A stretch of 64,000 nucleotides of DNA from Vicugna vicugna (taxonomy: Eukaryota), in NCBI GenBank assembly GCA_013265495.1, contig MU057651.1, positions 806,001 to 870,000 of the forward strand, given 5' to 3'. The position numbers and the translations under genes are program-made. Below the pieces are notes generated by a model. That model had not been told where the DNA came from. It saw only the letters and a program-made list of their open reading frames with translations, and made no database searches. Of this stretch, positions 26,123 to 37,989 are shown in pieces (the stretch's first letter is position 1; each line of letters starts with the position of its first letter).

Positions 26123-28100
26123 ACATATAATAAGCTACAACAAATATCCATGCACATATTTTTGCATGGGCATATCTTTTTTACTTGTGTAGATGTGCCC
26201 AATCTTGAACAGTATCTTCGCTTAAGGAGATGAGATACACTGACTTAGGCTCATGTTCTATGGCTGTACCTAGAGTCCGTGGTTTGGACTCATCTAATCC
26301 ATACAGAGAGGATGTGGGGTGGGGTTGGATCCTCAAGAAGAGGGAGCAGATATTGAGGAGACCAGCTTTAAATGATCATCATCACAGTGCTTATCAGGAA
26401 GCATTTGTTTCATACCCTCTGGCCATAGTTCAGGTAGGGGATGGGCTGTGGATAACTGGATATGGAAGTGTGAGTGTAACGTGCCATTGCACGTCAATAA
26501 AATTTTCTGAAATGAGGTTTCTTGGAACTTTCACTCTTCCCATGGGAAGGAAGCTAAACATCTCTGTCTAATAATAGAACTGGCCTCCCTAACTTGCCAC
26601 TCCAAGGGACTTCTATCAGCACTACCACAGTCTCCATATTGTTGCCCATAACTACCAATCCTTAATTTCCTAAACCAGCTGAATATTAGGCACTCGGTAA
26701 ATAACTGTGGGATAAAGGAATGAATGGCCTTCCAAGTGTGCTCATGTCAACTTGAGAACTAAGTGTGCATATATCTTCTCAACTCTGCATTGTCACATGC
26801 ATCGTGTGAAGTGATGTCACATCGATGTCACTTCAGTCATCCATAATAGTATTTACACTGCGAAAATTGTCAAACACAGAATGTGACAATGAATGTATGT
26901 ATATTCATGCATAACTGAAAAATTGTGCTCTACACTGGAATTTGACACAATATTGTAAAATGACTATAACTCAATAAAAAATGTTAAAAAAAAGAAAATT
27001 GTCAAACACTACAAATTCGTTTGCCCCCCTGGAGGGCCAGTTGTTACACATTGATCAGCAAACCACAGTTTATACCCTTTACCTCCCCATTTTTAATAAG
27101 TCCTATTTGATTTTTGGAAACATATAATTTCCTTTTCTCTGAACCTACAATTTTTGAGGATGTTGCTTCAGGGAATTGCTTTTTTTTTAAGTGGAAACAA
27201 GTCCTTTTTTAAATTGAAGTATAGTTGATTTACAATGTTGTGTTAGTTACTCACAGACAGAAAATGAACTTATGGTTCCCAAAGGGGAAAGCTTGGGGAG
27301 GGATAAATTGGGGGGTTGGGATTAGCAGATACAAACTACTATATACAGAATAGATAAGCAACAAGGTCCTACTGTATATAGCACAAGGAATTGCTTTTTT
27401 TTTATAATAATTTATTTTCTATCTACCAAATGTGTTATTCTTTTTTTAAACATTTTTTATTGATTCATAATCATTTTACAGTGTTGTGTCAAATTCCAGT
27501 GTTCAGCACAATTTTTCAGTCGTTCATGGACATATACACACTCATTGTCACATTTTTTTCTCTGTGATTTATCATAACATTTTGTGTATATTTCCCTGTG
27601 CTATACAGTATAATCTTGTTTATCTATTCTACAATTTTGAAATCCCAGTCTATCCCTTCACACCCTCCGCCCCCTGGCAACCACAAATCTGTATTCTCTG
27701 TCTATGAGTCTATTTCTGTCCTGTATTTACACTTTGTTTTTGTTTGTTTGTTTGTTTGTTTTTTAGATTCCACATATGAGCGATCTCACAAGGTATTTTT
27801 CTTTCTCTTTCTCGCTTACTTCACTCAGAATGACATTCTCCAGGAGCATCCATGTTGCTGCAAATGGCATTATGTTGTCGGTTTTTATGGCTGAGTAGTA
27901 TTCCATTGTATAAATATACCACATCTTCTTTATCCAGTCACCTGTTAGGAATTGCTTTTTGATTCCAAATGATGGCACAAAGGGGCAAAAAGCATCCTGC
28001 CACTTTGGCCTGTCTGAGTATAAGGGACATCCCCCTGATCAGAACCACAGTAATCCTTCTGACTCAACTAGTCAGAGGAAAGGTATCAGAGAAGCTTTAG
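24575..28100 (+). mobile_element. Fossil Ty3/Gypsy unit C (PR, RT, RNase H, IN C-terminus, chromodomain; gag not seen)
   Basis: PR-like LDIIPQALDLMALVGLAFLLIELNP (weak); LTAPLVLG..TPFIL (~25370-25430); RNase H KFMESTRAYHFG..WEAGQRH; GPY/F VQVGDGLWITG..CTSIKFSEMRFLGTFTL (~26428-26540) then H-VSILLP; chromodomain ELLFDSK*WHKG..YKGHPPDQNHSNPSDS..GIRE (~27948-28100). Confidence 0.72.
27200..27945. mobile_element. Nested L1-type 3' end insertions (young copy ~27445-27945 on - strand)
   Basis: Minus ORF DWIKKMWYIYTMEYYSAIK..MPFAATWM..ILSEVS is the L1 ORF2 C-terminus; flanking repeats of ggaattgcttttt. Confidence 0.88.
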
Positions 28101-28369
28101 AGTCCACCCAGCTCTTTGGGGCTTCTATTTACATTTCCCAGAGGAGGGCTGTGGCAATGTTGTATGTAGACACCCTGCCAAGTGACAGCCCAGCTTTGGA
28201 ACTGTGGAGTTTCAGTATCCAATCCTGAGCCTTTGTTGCCAGAACACCCACTCCTGTAGAAAATCACTGGTGATGGCTAGCAGTAGTCCTGCTTCCATGG
28301 AAGACATTCTGTTCAGGGAACGTTGGACATAGTACATAACTAAGGTCTTGATTGGCAGATAACAAAAAT

Positions 28370-28632
28370 GGTAACAAATGCTCACATAGTTTTTACTATG
28401 TACTAATCATTATTTTTAGTGTTTTACCTACATTAACTAATTTAATCCTCACATGAACCCTAAAATGGGTACTATCATATCCCTATTTTACAGATGAAAA
28501 CATAAGGAAGCGTAATGAACCATAAAATCTTAAGTAACTTGCCTAAGGTCGCATAGCCAGTAAGTAGCAGAATCAAGATGTAGACCCAGGCAGTCAGCCT
28601 CTAGATCTTATACTCTTGGCCACTACACCATG
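28370..28632 (-). mobile_element. MIR SINE inside unit D gag
   Basis: tttaatcctcaca...tattttacagatgaaaa...taagtaacttgcctaaggtcgcatagccagtaag. Confidence 0.8.
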
Positions 28633-29184
28633 GTGCCTACTAACACGACAATGTGGACAAGTCTCCTGCCAAGGCAAACAGTGCACCCTTTGACAGAGCC
28701 ATCATGTGCTTAGCACTTCCATTCAGGAAGATCTTGTCTGCTAGGGAATTTCAGTTCCCGGCATGGAGCTGAAATGAAATGATTTTTCCTCCTGAGCACA
28801 GTTCTGAGACAATCTCAAGAGTACAGATCCCCAGCCACCCTCACCACCACCCCTGAATTTCAAAAATGGCAGACCCAAGGATAGAACACATTAAGGGTTG
28901 ACTTGCATTTTCCAATGCAGCTGTTGACATTCCCCCTCCAACTTGCTCTAAACTCAGCTGCCTGCACATACCACTCATTGGCAAGTGTGGACAGTGTGTG
29001 CGCAAAGGCTGGGAAAGCATTGTGCCTGTTTTCCAGAGGGTCTGGTCCAGTTGTGGACTGGAGCTCACTTGTACTTGCTCATGAAAACCATTGTTGAATT
29101 TTGATTAATGTTGCAAGCTGGTTGTAAAACACTACCATCATTAAAAATTAAATCATATAAATTTTCAATTTAAGTATAAATAAA

Positions 29185-29320
29185 GGAGGGTATGTGCTTA
29201 GCATGCACGAGATCCTGGGTTCAATCTCCGGTACCTCCATTAAATAAGTAAATCAATAAATGAAAACCTAATTACTCCCCCCCCAAAATAAAAAAATAAT
29301 AAAATAAATAAACTTAAAAG
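29185..29320 (+). mobile_element. Camelid tRNA-derived SINE, nested in an older repeat
   Basis: gtgcttagcatgcacgagatcctgggttcaatctccggtacctccatt plus A-rich tail. Confidence 0.85.
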
Positions 29321-29849
29321 AACCCAAAAGCCATAAATCCTCAAAATTCATTACATCCTAATTATTTCACTACCTTGTATCACTATCTATGCTCCTGAGG
29401 TGCATGGCTGTTGTAGCAGTACGGTGAAAACAGCTATGATGGTATGCTCTTCTGTATCTCTTCCCAACTCTATGTTTAGTGATGTCATGTTGGTAGCTTG
29501 ACGCATGATGGCTTGAAACTGGCTACAGTGGGAGGACTTATACAACGAAAATCAGCAAACAACAAATTGGGGCTTTTCCTTCTGGAGCTGATTGTTAAAC
29601 ATTTGCCAGGACACCACTAGTTCCCATGTCCCGATCTACAATGGCATTGCCCTCTCTCACTAGGTACACGTTCAGCCCAACAACATGGAACATACAGGCC
29701 CATCTGCTAGCAAGTAGGAACTCAGAGTAGCACGCGGTGCTGTACCTCCAGATCAAGGCTTGGACGTTCCTACTTTCCCAACACAAAGCCTCACTGATCT
29801 CAGATGACATAGCAATGGCAGTTAGTCCCCAAATAGCCACCTGCTTCCT

Positions 29850-30225
29850 TCCACGTACCAGCTACTGTTTTAGGTACTGGTGATAGAGCTGTGAACAAAA
29901 CAGAATTTTGTCTGCTAAATTTCTTCTTGGGGTCTCATTCTGGCTGAGGGTGGAGGAAGACACAAAATAAACAACTAAGAAAATATATAAATAAGATGAT
30001 TTTGTGTAGTCATATGATACACATAGGGTTGAAGGGCTTTGGGGCAGTCACTTTAGATTGGGTGATCAGGACAGTCCTTTCTGATGGAGTGACATTTAAG
30101 CTGAGATCTGAATGATGAGAAGGAGGCATCCAGGTAACAATCCAGAGGAAATTATTTCTAGCAGGAAGAAAAGCAAATACAAAGAACCTGATTCAGGAAT
30201 GAGCCATGCTTGCTCCCATCCTAGT
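29850..30225 (-). mobile_element. L2 fragment inside unit D protease
   Basis: taggtactggtgatagagctgtgaacaaaacag...gtgacatttaagctgagatctgaatga. Confidence 0.75.
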
Positions 30226-30230
30226 GGTTA

Positions 30231-30867
30231 TGATGCAGGAAAACAGATGTGGGGCATAAGGAGGGCCGTGTCCCAGGCTTCGGTTGAGCCCCTGGGATGT
30301 GCCCCACCAAGTGTGGGTCCTTGGCTTTGCACAGGAAAGAATTCAAGAGTGAGCCACAGTTGAGTAAAGGTAGATTTATTTAGAGAGATACATACTGCAT
30401 AGAGTATAGGCTGTTTCAAAAGGTAAGAGGAAAGGCCAAGATGTGTAGGGGTTGGGTGCTCAGATTAGAGTAAAAGTGGGTACACACTCCATAGACAGTG
30501 TGTGGGCCATCTCCGAAGAGGCAGAGAGAGAGAGGGGCAGCCAGGAGGTGCCTTGTTGCCAGTTTTATGGACTTGGTAAGTGGAAGGACCAGTCTAACTA
30601 GCCTGGGGAAGGGGCTAGGATTCCCAGGAAGTCAGCCATTTCCCACTCTTTGACCTTTTGTGGCTAGCCTTGGGATGGTCATGGCACCTGTGGGCATGTT
30701 TTTTATTGTGCTAATATGTTACAGGGAGCATATAATGAAGCTCAAGGAAGTCAAATCTCCTACCATCCTGAGCCTCAGGGCCTACTGGGGGTTGAATCCT
30801 CAGTCACCCTGATGTTAATTGTTGTGTTGTTCCTTGACTGGCTGTGCCCTGCCCCCTTCCTGTCTCA
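30231..30867 (-). mobile_element. Solo LTR, ERV1-class
   Basis: TG...CA termini, 4-bp TSD GTTA (30227-30230 / 30868-30871), reverse AATAAA near 30375. Confidence 0.85.
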
Positions 30868-30899
30868 GTTATGAGGGCAGGTTCTGAACTGGGCCCACT

Positions 30900-31090
30900 T
30901 GGGACAGTTACTGACCCCGTTATCCACTCTGTGACCCTAGGCAAATCATTTAATTTCTCTGATTTAAATTTTCTTATCTTTAAGTTAGGGATAACTGTAA
31001 AACAGGCATCATAAGTAGCTATGAGGCTTAAATGAAATTACGTAAGGTCCTTAGCATAGTGCCTGGCACGGAGTAAGTAATCAATAAAGG
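30900..31090 (+). mobile_element. MIR SINE
   Basis: gtgaccctaggcaaatcatttaat...cttagcatagtgcctggcac. Confidence 0.75.
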
Positions 31091-31139
31091 TCACCTGTTG
31101 TAACCATTATTTTTTTAAAAACTTGATATTTACTAAGAT

Positions 31140-31942
31140 TTGATTTTTCAAGCCACTTCACTGAGGGAAGATCAACGTACAAAAAGCTATACATATGTAA
31201 GGTACGAACTTGATGAGTTTGGTTATAATTATACTCCCATGAAACCATCACAACACTCAAGGCCATAAACTTACCCATCACTCTCTAAACTTTACTCGGC
31301 CCCCTTTACTTTTTAAAATTATTTTAAAAATCAAATTTTTTTCTTTTGCAGTAAGGTCATTTATAAGGTCGTTTATAACCTACCTTCTTAGTAAACTTTT
31401 AAGTATATTATACAGTATTGTTAACTATAGGCCCTATGTTGTACTGTAGACCTCCAGAACTTACTCATCTTGCATAACTGAAACTTTGTACTTTTGACCT
31501 ACACTTCTCTATTTTCCCCTCTCCCAACCCCTGGTTACCACAATTCTAATCTTAGTTCTTTGACTCTCAACTATTTTAGATGCCTCATAAAAGTGAGATC
31601 ATGCAGTGTTTATTTTTGTGTGTCTGGTTTATTTCACTTAGCATAATGTCCTCCAGATCCATCCATGTGGTCACAAATGTCCTTCTTTTCCCAGGTTGAA
31701 TAACATTCCACTTCATGTATATACCACACTTTCCTTATCCATTCATCTGTCGATGGACATTTAGGTTGTTTCCATATCATGGCTGTTGTGAATAACACTG
31801 CAGTGAACGTGGGGATACAAATATCTCTTTGAAATCCTGATTCTAAATTCTTCAGATGTATACCCAGAAGTGAAACTCCCAGATCATATGGTAGTTCTAT
31901 TTTTCATTTTTTGAGGGACCTCCATGCCAATTTACATTCTCG
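31140..31942 (-). mobile_element. L1MA-type 3' end
   Basis: ttatccattcatctgtcgatggacatttaggttgtttcca...tacccagaagtg. Confidence 0.88.
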
Positions 31943-32619
31943 TCTTATTACTGTTATTGACAGAACTGATAGGCACTGCCTGTGGAGGGGACAGGCAACT
32001 GTGGAGACCTTCCATTAAGCTGTGAATGAGAGAACGTGCCCAGGGGCTGGTACACCCTTCCCCTGGGCCCTCAGGTTTTTGTGGCTAGAGATCCTCAGAG
32101 TGGTTACCTCCTTCAAAATTCAGGTTTTTCAATTTATAACAAAACAGTATAGCTACCCAGTGCCTCGTGTGCCCCCTCAGCCCTGGATCACACAAAACAC
32201 TGTCCATCCTGGGGAGGTTGGGGGCACCAAGTAGAAAAACTGTCCTTACACCGAAGGCACAGTTCAAATATTCCGTGTTAGACCCCAAGGATGAGATACC
32301 AACCTGCTGCAGGGATTTATCTGCTTTCCTTAACGAGACCCTGGCTTGCGTTCTAACTTGGAAAAATGAAGAGTTCTACACTTACCTGAATGCAGGTGAC
32401 ATGAACTTGACATGAACACCACTACCTGCTTATGCTGATTTCCAGTCTCCGGGACCAGCTCTGTGAGGCATCATTATGAAACGGGACCTCTAGAGGCCTA
32501 CAGTAGTGTTCGTTTCCTGGGGGGTGACAAATAGAAGTTGCACCTCAGCCAAGGCATATTTAGCGCAATATGATTTGGCCTAACCAACATCCTGAACATC
32601 TTTTAGCACCTAGTGGAAC

Positions 32620-32830
32620 AGAAGAGAGCACAGCATTTGAGACTGGTTCAGCATAGTTGCTCAGAATATGGCTTCTAATTCCAGACTGCCTTGGTTCAAA
32701 TCCCCACTCTTCCAATCACTACCTATATGACCTTTGGGCAAGTTACTTAAGCTTTCTGGGTCTTAGTTTTGCAATCTACAAAATAGGGATATGAATATGA
32801 CCAGGGATATAATAAGTACTCAATAAAGGT
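32620..32830 (+). mobile_element. MIR SINE inside unit D RT
   Basis: ggttcaaatcccc...tgacctttgggcaagttacttaag...tctacaaaataggg. Confidence 0.8.
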
Positions 32831-33042
32831 TATACATTATTTTAATGATCAACAGCTCATATGACCTCCCGCCCAGTCTGTTCCCTATCTGGATCTCGTT
32901 ATATTTTATTTTCTGACCTGCTTTCAGAAACAAAGCAAAGTAAAACAAAGCGAATATATAGTCTGGCAGGTCCATTACTGCCAGGAGTGGCATCACCCTT
33001 GAACATACACTGCAGATTCCAAAGTCTAGAGTTAGAATTCTT

Positions 33043-33967
33043 CTTTTTTTCAACTTCATTGAGGTAAAATTGAAAAAAAAATTGTATATATTTAAGGTTA
33101 AGACATAATGGTTTAGTATACATATATACATTGTGGGATGATTACCTCAGTCAAGTTCATTCACAAATCCATCACCTTACATGCGAGAACACAAGATCTA
33201 CGCTCATAGAAAATTTCAAATATACAGTACTGTATGCTCAAGCCTCCCAAGATGGCTGTTTGTTTGCCCTCTTTACCATCCCCTGCCCCGCCAGTCCCCA
33301 CTTTACCTGCACCCCACTCACATAACTGACATTCCCCTTAATCTAGAACCCAATCAGTAAATACCTACATATTTGCCCTCCAGCCTCAGCTAGTGATTGT
33401 TCTAATCTTTAGATCAAAAAGGCTCCCCTTTGATAGTTTAACAAAGGGAAGACCTCCGCCCTATGAAGGCACATAGCCCGAGGGGCTATAATGAGTGCCC
33501 TGCCCCTCTGCTGGTTTCCCTGGTAATTGATGGGCCATTCTGAAATCAATTCCCCCTGTAACTGGTATTCTCTTATTCTCCCCCCCACCCAGCAAAGACT
33601 GCTGCTGTGTCCTGCCTGCTATCTGGCATCCATGGTGGGCTGTCGCTCCAGGACCCTTTTGCTTCAGACATTTAAGATCCACCATCTATTAAACTGTTGA
33701 TGTCTCTGTCACTGACTCCAGACTCTTTCTTCGGTCTTGAGGCTGGGCAAATACAGGGCTTGCAGGCCTGCCAGGTGCAGCCCAACCAGTACAGTATTTC
33801 CTAGTAATCATGCTGTACATTAGATTCTCAGAACGTCTTCCTCTTATAACTGGAAGTTTGGAGACTGTGACTAACATCTCACCATTTCCCCAACCCCAAA
33901 CTCCCATTAACCACCATTCAGTAAGAGATGGTCTCTTGTTCTATGAGTTCTACTTTTTTAGATCTCA
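33043..33967 (-). mobile_element. L1 3' end inserted in unit D RT
   Basis: Poly-T start, L1 3' UTR motifs, approximate TSD gagttagaattctt / gaggttgaattctt. Confidence 0.8.
33231..33788 (+). mobile_element. Solo LTR, ERV1-class, nested in the L1
   Basis: TG...CA termini, 4-bp TSD GTAC (33227-33230 / 33789-33792), ATTAAA near 33688. Confidence 0.85.
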
Positions 33968-34170
33968 GAGGTTGAATTCTTGAAGCAAATCCTGTCTGGC
34001 CTAGATACCTACCAGGTATAATAACTCTTGAGCAAGCATGTCTATAAATGCCTGGAGTTCACCAAATACTGCTGAGTATTTATTCACCACTTCTCGGTTC
34101 TGACCTGGCTAATGGGGGGACCTCTTATCTAAGAGGAATGGATCCTCTACTCTATGATCATAACCATGTT

Positions 34171-34555
34171 TGTTGCCAGCGATCAGATTGTCTCGTCACA
34201 GAAAGAATTCAGAGACGAGACGTGGAGGTTAAAGTAAAGTGAGGATATATTAAGGGATAGATAGTATGCTCTCAAGGGGAGAGCAGGCAGGCTCAGGTGA
34301 GCAGCTGCCCTGAGTTTCTTTGGCAAGTTGGTTACATAGTGTGTAAAAATGAATGAGTGGAATATTTATTGGGAAGGGAAGGGTTTGGGGTCTTATTCCC
34401 TGATTTTCATCCCAATTCCACCTTCCTGAGGGGAGGGGGGATTTTTGGCCTTATTTAGTCTGGATTAGAAGTGTCATGGCGTCAGTGCATGATGGGTACT
34501 TCTAATCTGCAAGGCTAATTTTATTGAAATGAGGGCACAACGAGCAGGGGGTATT
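34171..34555. mobile_element. LTR fragment inside unit D
   Basis: Starts tgttgccagcg; LTR-like composition; interrupts the RT-to-IN colinearity. Confidence 0.6.
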
Positions 34556-35019
34556 GTGGTTGTCAAGACCCAGCCACAACTAGCACAGGTGGCTCAGCAG
34601 GGGCTGCAAAGGGTTGACTGTGTAGAAAAGCACCTCCTTGAGTTTCAGGATCACTCATAGTTGGCCTTAGGAAGTGAGGAGCATCCACTTCCTGACATTA
34701 TTTCATATATCCAGTTGTTTGTGGCTTATTCCGAACCTAAATATAGGGCCTTCAGGAAACCCTGCAACTGATATGACACGCTCAGAATACCATGGACTCT
34801 GACACCTGTATCCAGGTCAAAGATAGGTCCAAGCAACTCAAAGACTAGTTTCTTCCACTCCTGACACCAAAATGCTCCTGGGACACCATCACAATCAAGT
34901 TCCTTCTTAATCTGGACCTTTCTATAGCTACAAAGCCATCCTTGTGATGGCAGTGGGTATCCTAGCAAAAAATGTTATATATTATATCCTGACTCTGACT
35001 CCCATCCATAGCAGCCATT

Positions 35020-35210
35020 CATTCTTCTGAAGGATGAAAAGAAGCAAGCCATACAAGGGACATGCAAGCAGAGGGAAGAGCAAGTGCAAAGGCCCAATGG
35101 CAGGAGAGGGACTAGGTTTCAGGAACAGAAAGAAGAGGCTGTAGTATGGTGAGTGAGTGGGAGACTGGCACGAAATGAAGATGTAAAGGTAGGCAGAGGC
35201 CACCACCACC
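35020..35210 (-). mobile_element. L2 fragment inside unit D integrase core
   Basis: gcagagggaagagcaagtgcaaaggccc...tttcaggaacagaaagaagagg. Confidence 0.8.
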
Positions 35211-36444
35211 TTGTTTATCTTACAAGATCCTTTGCCTCTGTGGACTTCCCAGCCATCTGGCCCAGCTTCATCCATCTGTGTACCATCCACCTACAGACAG
35301 ACTCAAAGAGTTTAATCAGTCCAGTGCTAGAAGAATTTCTCTGCTGCTATTCCGCCTACAAGCCACATGACTGATCCACCTACTTCACCGTGGCAGAAGT
35401 TGCCTGTAACGTCTCACTGTGTTCCTGGTTTGGAAACACCTCTATTCTAGCAACTAGAGTCTTATCCTTCACTACTTTTTTCACTTCTAGCATCAGGGAC
35501 ATCCTTATAGGCAGTTTGTACCCTGGGGGAGCTGTACGATGCCTAGAAATCCCCTTAGGGCATCTGTTGGTAGGCCAAAGACCAGTACAAAAGATAGACT
35601 TACTGGGACTGGGCATGGGGTGGGAGAAGATTGATGGGAAACTTGATATGGAAAACAATGTCTGGGTTGCCTCTAGTCATGTATTCACCATGCAAGCTTA
35701 AGGATTACTGCTTGTAACCTTTTAAGAATATCTATTATCAACCCTATAGCTCTCTGACACCAGCATCTTTCTGACTCCATGCCCTTTGGTGAGCATCAAA
35801 GCTTTCTAGACATGTTCCTGCTACACCAGACCTATGAAGAGCTCATCTTCCATTTTGCACTCGGTGGCCTTCCCAGATAACCTAGGATGAAAAATAATAA
35901 TGCATCACAGAGAGAGAAGGTATAGGGCTCATGTTGATAGCATGGCTAGAACTATACCTGGCCTGATGGGAGAGTAACAACCAGTCTTAGGATTCAACCA
36001 TGCACCTCTTGTCAGCAACAGGCCAGAACTCATAAGGCAAGTGCAAGAAAATCCTGGTATCCATCCTTTGTCAGAAGAAATTTGGAAGAAAATAGTGTCC
36101 ATTCTGTTGTTATCTATTTTAATGCTTCCAGAAGAACCACGATGGTGGTCATGGGACCTGATGAAAACCCACGGAAATCATCTGCATTCTGGCATGGTCA
36201 TTACTCCAGGCCTCCTTCCCACCCGCCTTTCTGTGTACACAATCTAATCTCCGTTGATTTCCATCTCCCTCAAATTCATACCTTGACTGCTCCTCTTGGT
36301 TTACACGCATGTGGATTAGAAACTTGATTTTGGACTGTCTTTATGACTCTGACCTGGAATTCCCTTAGGACAATTCTTCCAGTAACTTCTCCTGGACTCC
36401 ACTCAGTGCAATAATCATAATGAGGAAGAATAAAATGGGGAGGA

Positions 36445-36690
36445 GTTAACATTCATTGAGCTAGTACTAAGTATCTGGCATGGTGCTAAGCATTTCCTGT
36501 TCATTATCTCATTTAATCTTTGAAAATCTCTATGAAATACTTACTATCATTATCCCCATTTCATAGATGGGACATGTGAGGCTCACTAAGCTTAAGTGAC
36601 TTGCCAAGATCATACTGGTAGTTAGAGACACACAGAGCTAAGATTCCAGCCCAGATTCATTTGACTTCAGAACCCCTACCCTCAACCATA
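36445..36690 (-). mobile_element. MIR SINE
   Basis: tatccccatttcatagatggg...taagtgacttgccaag. Confidence 0.8.
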
Positions 36691-37529
36691 TTTTGTCCCT
36701 GCCACATGTCCAGCCTGGCCTGCAGCAGAGGAGGGGAATCAGACACACCACAGCCGCATCTAATATTGCATCCCCTCTAAATGTGGCCAGCATGACCATC
36801 TCCAAGGCCATGGGCACTGCATACAAGGCTGCTAATCAGTGGATGAAGGAAAATAATTCCAGGTTTGCCTGCCTCCCACCCCTGCAAACCCCTTGTCTTG
36901 GCCTCTCTTCCAGTTACCTTTGTGTCTTGGGTTCCAGCTTTCATCCAGACCCATTTGTGTTTAGTGACCTTGTAGTCCTAGGTATTACCACTTCCAGTTA
37001 CCGGCTGTAGGCTAAGCCTCCTAAAAACGTAGGTGAGAAGCACTGTGGCCCCAGCATCTAGCCTAGAGATATGAGATGACTCTCACACCACATGCTCAAG
37101 GGTATCATAATTTGCTCTGCAGAAACCACTGGAACCAGGGAACTTGTATGGCTTCCTGCTCACAACAATTGAAGCTGAGTGTCTGTGCTTGCAGTCCAGT
37201 TTGTCTGTCCATATCTTCTGCACGTATCAAGAACATGGCTGCCATTTATCCTATCTGTAAATTAATGACCTGTTCTGCCAGCCACCCTATGAGGGTCAGG
37301 CAATGACAGATAACCCCTGATGGCCATGCCTGGGAATTATAAGATGGCCATATCAAGGTGAACATGAGGGAGCACAACTAAAGATATTTTTCATGGCCAA
37401 TTTTTATCAACTATGGTTAAACTTGATGAAACAGAAATTGGATCATCCACTACTCTTTTTAAATCTTTTCATCTGGAAATGTCCAAATGAGTGCATACAG
37501 CTTCCTAGGCACTGTATGACAGTAGCTTT

Positions 37530-37672
37530 CTTTTTTGTTTATTTGTGGTTTTTTAGGGTAGGGGGAGGACTAGGCTTATTTATTTACTTATTTTAACCAA
37601 GGTACTGGAGATTGAACTCAGGATCTTATGTATGCTAAGTTCACACTCTACCACTGAGCTATACCCTCCCCT
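37530..37672 (-). mobile_element. Camelid tRNA-derived SINE
   Basis: ggtactggagattgaactcagg...actctaccactgagctataccctcccc; TSD tgacagtagctt on both sides. Confidence 0.9.
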
Positions 37673-37989
37673 GACAGTAGCTTCCAAATGTTTTTTAGGA
37701 TCGGCAGTAAAAACTACATTTTACCCACTGTTCACCTTTCCCCTTGGTCCTTCAGGGTTTTGGTGCTGGAAGCCCACAACTTTAAGCCACTTTCTGAAAA
37801 CACCATGTTCTTCCCTTCATGTTGTCTCCTCTTCTCCTGGGCTCTATCTTATTTATCATAGCTCTGGAACCTTGAAAGTAATTTTACCATGAAAGCAGAC
37901 CTGCCTCTGAGCCCAGGTGTCTATGTACCCATCTTGCTCTCTAAGCCAAAGACCTAAGCATTCTGAGTACCCGAGCAACTGGTACTCTA

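Larger units (their letters stand above)
28250..36250 (+). mobile_element. Fossil Ty3/Gypsy chromovirus unit D (best-preserved overall)
   Basis: gag LL*KITGDG*Q*SCF, SAREFQFPAWS*NE, FPMQL..KALCLFSRGSG (~28250-29050); PR PFPWALRFLWLE (~32055); RT LLQGFIC.., HYLLMLISSLRDQL, YSSVRFLGGDK*K, FGLTNILNIF*HLV (32320-32615), VPYLDLVIFY (YLDL 32886-32897), VEFLKQIL..CLEFTKYC*VFIHHFSV (33971-34100); IN DTCIQVK..LPLLTPKCSWDTITIKFLLNL..YKAILVM (34795-34960), YHPPTD..VLEEFLCCYSAYKPHD*STYFTVAEVACN (35280-35410), NNVWVASS; chromodomain-like PELIRQ and GPDENP (~35870-36200). Confidence 0.88.

Noticed and set aside
30231..34555. The LTRs within unit D as the Gypsy element's own LTRs
   Set aside because: They lie inside the coding region, differ from each other, two have 4-bp ERV1-type TSDs, and one is nested in an L1, so they are later insertions.
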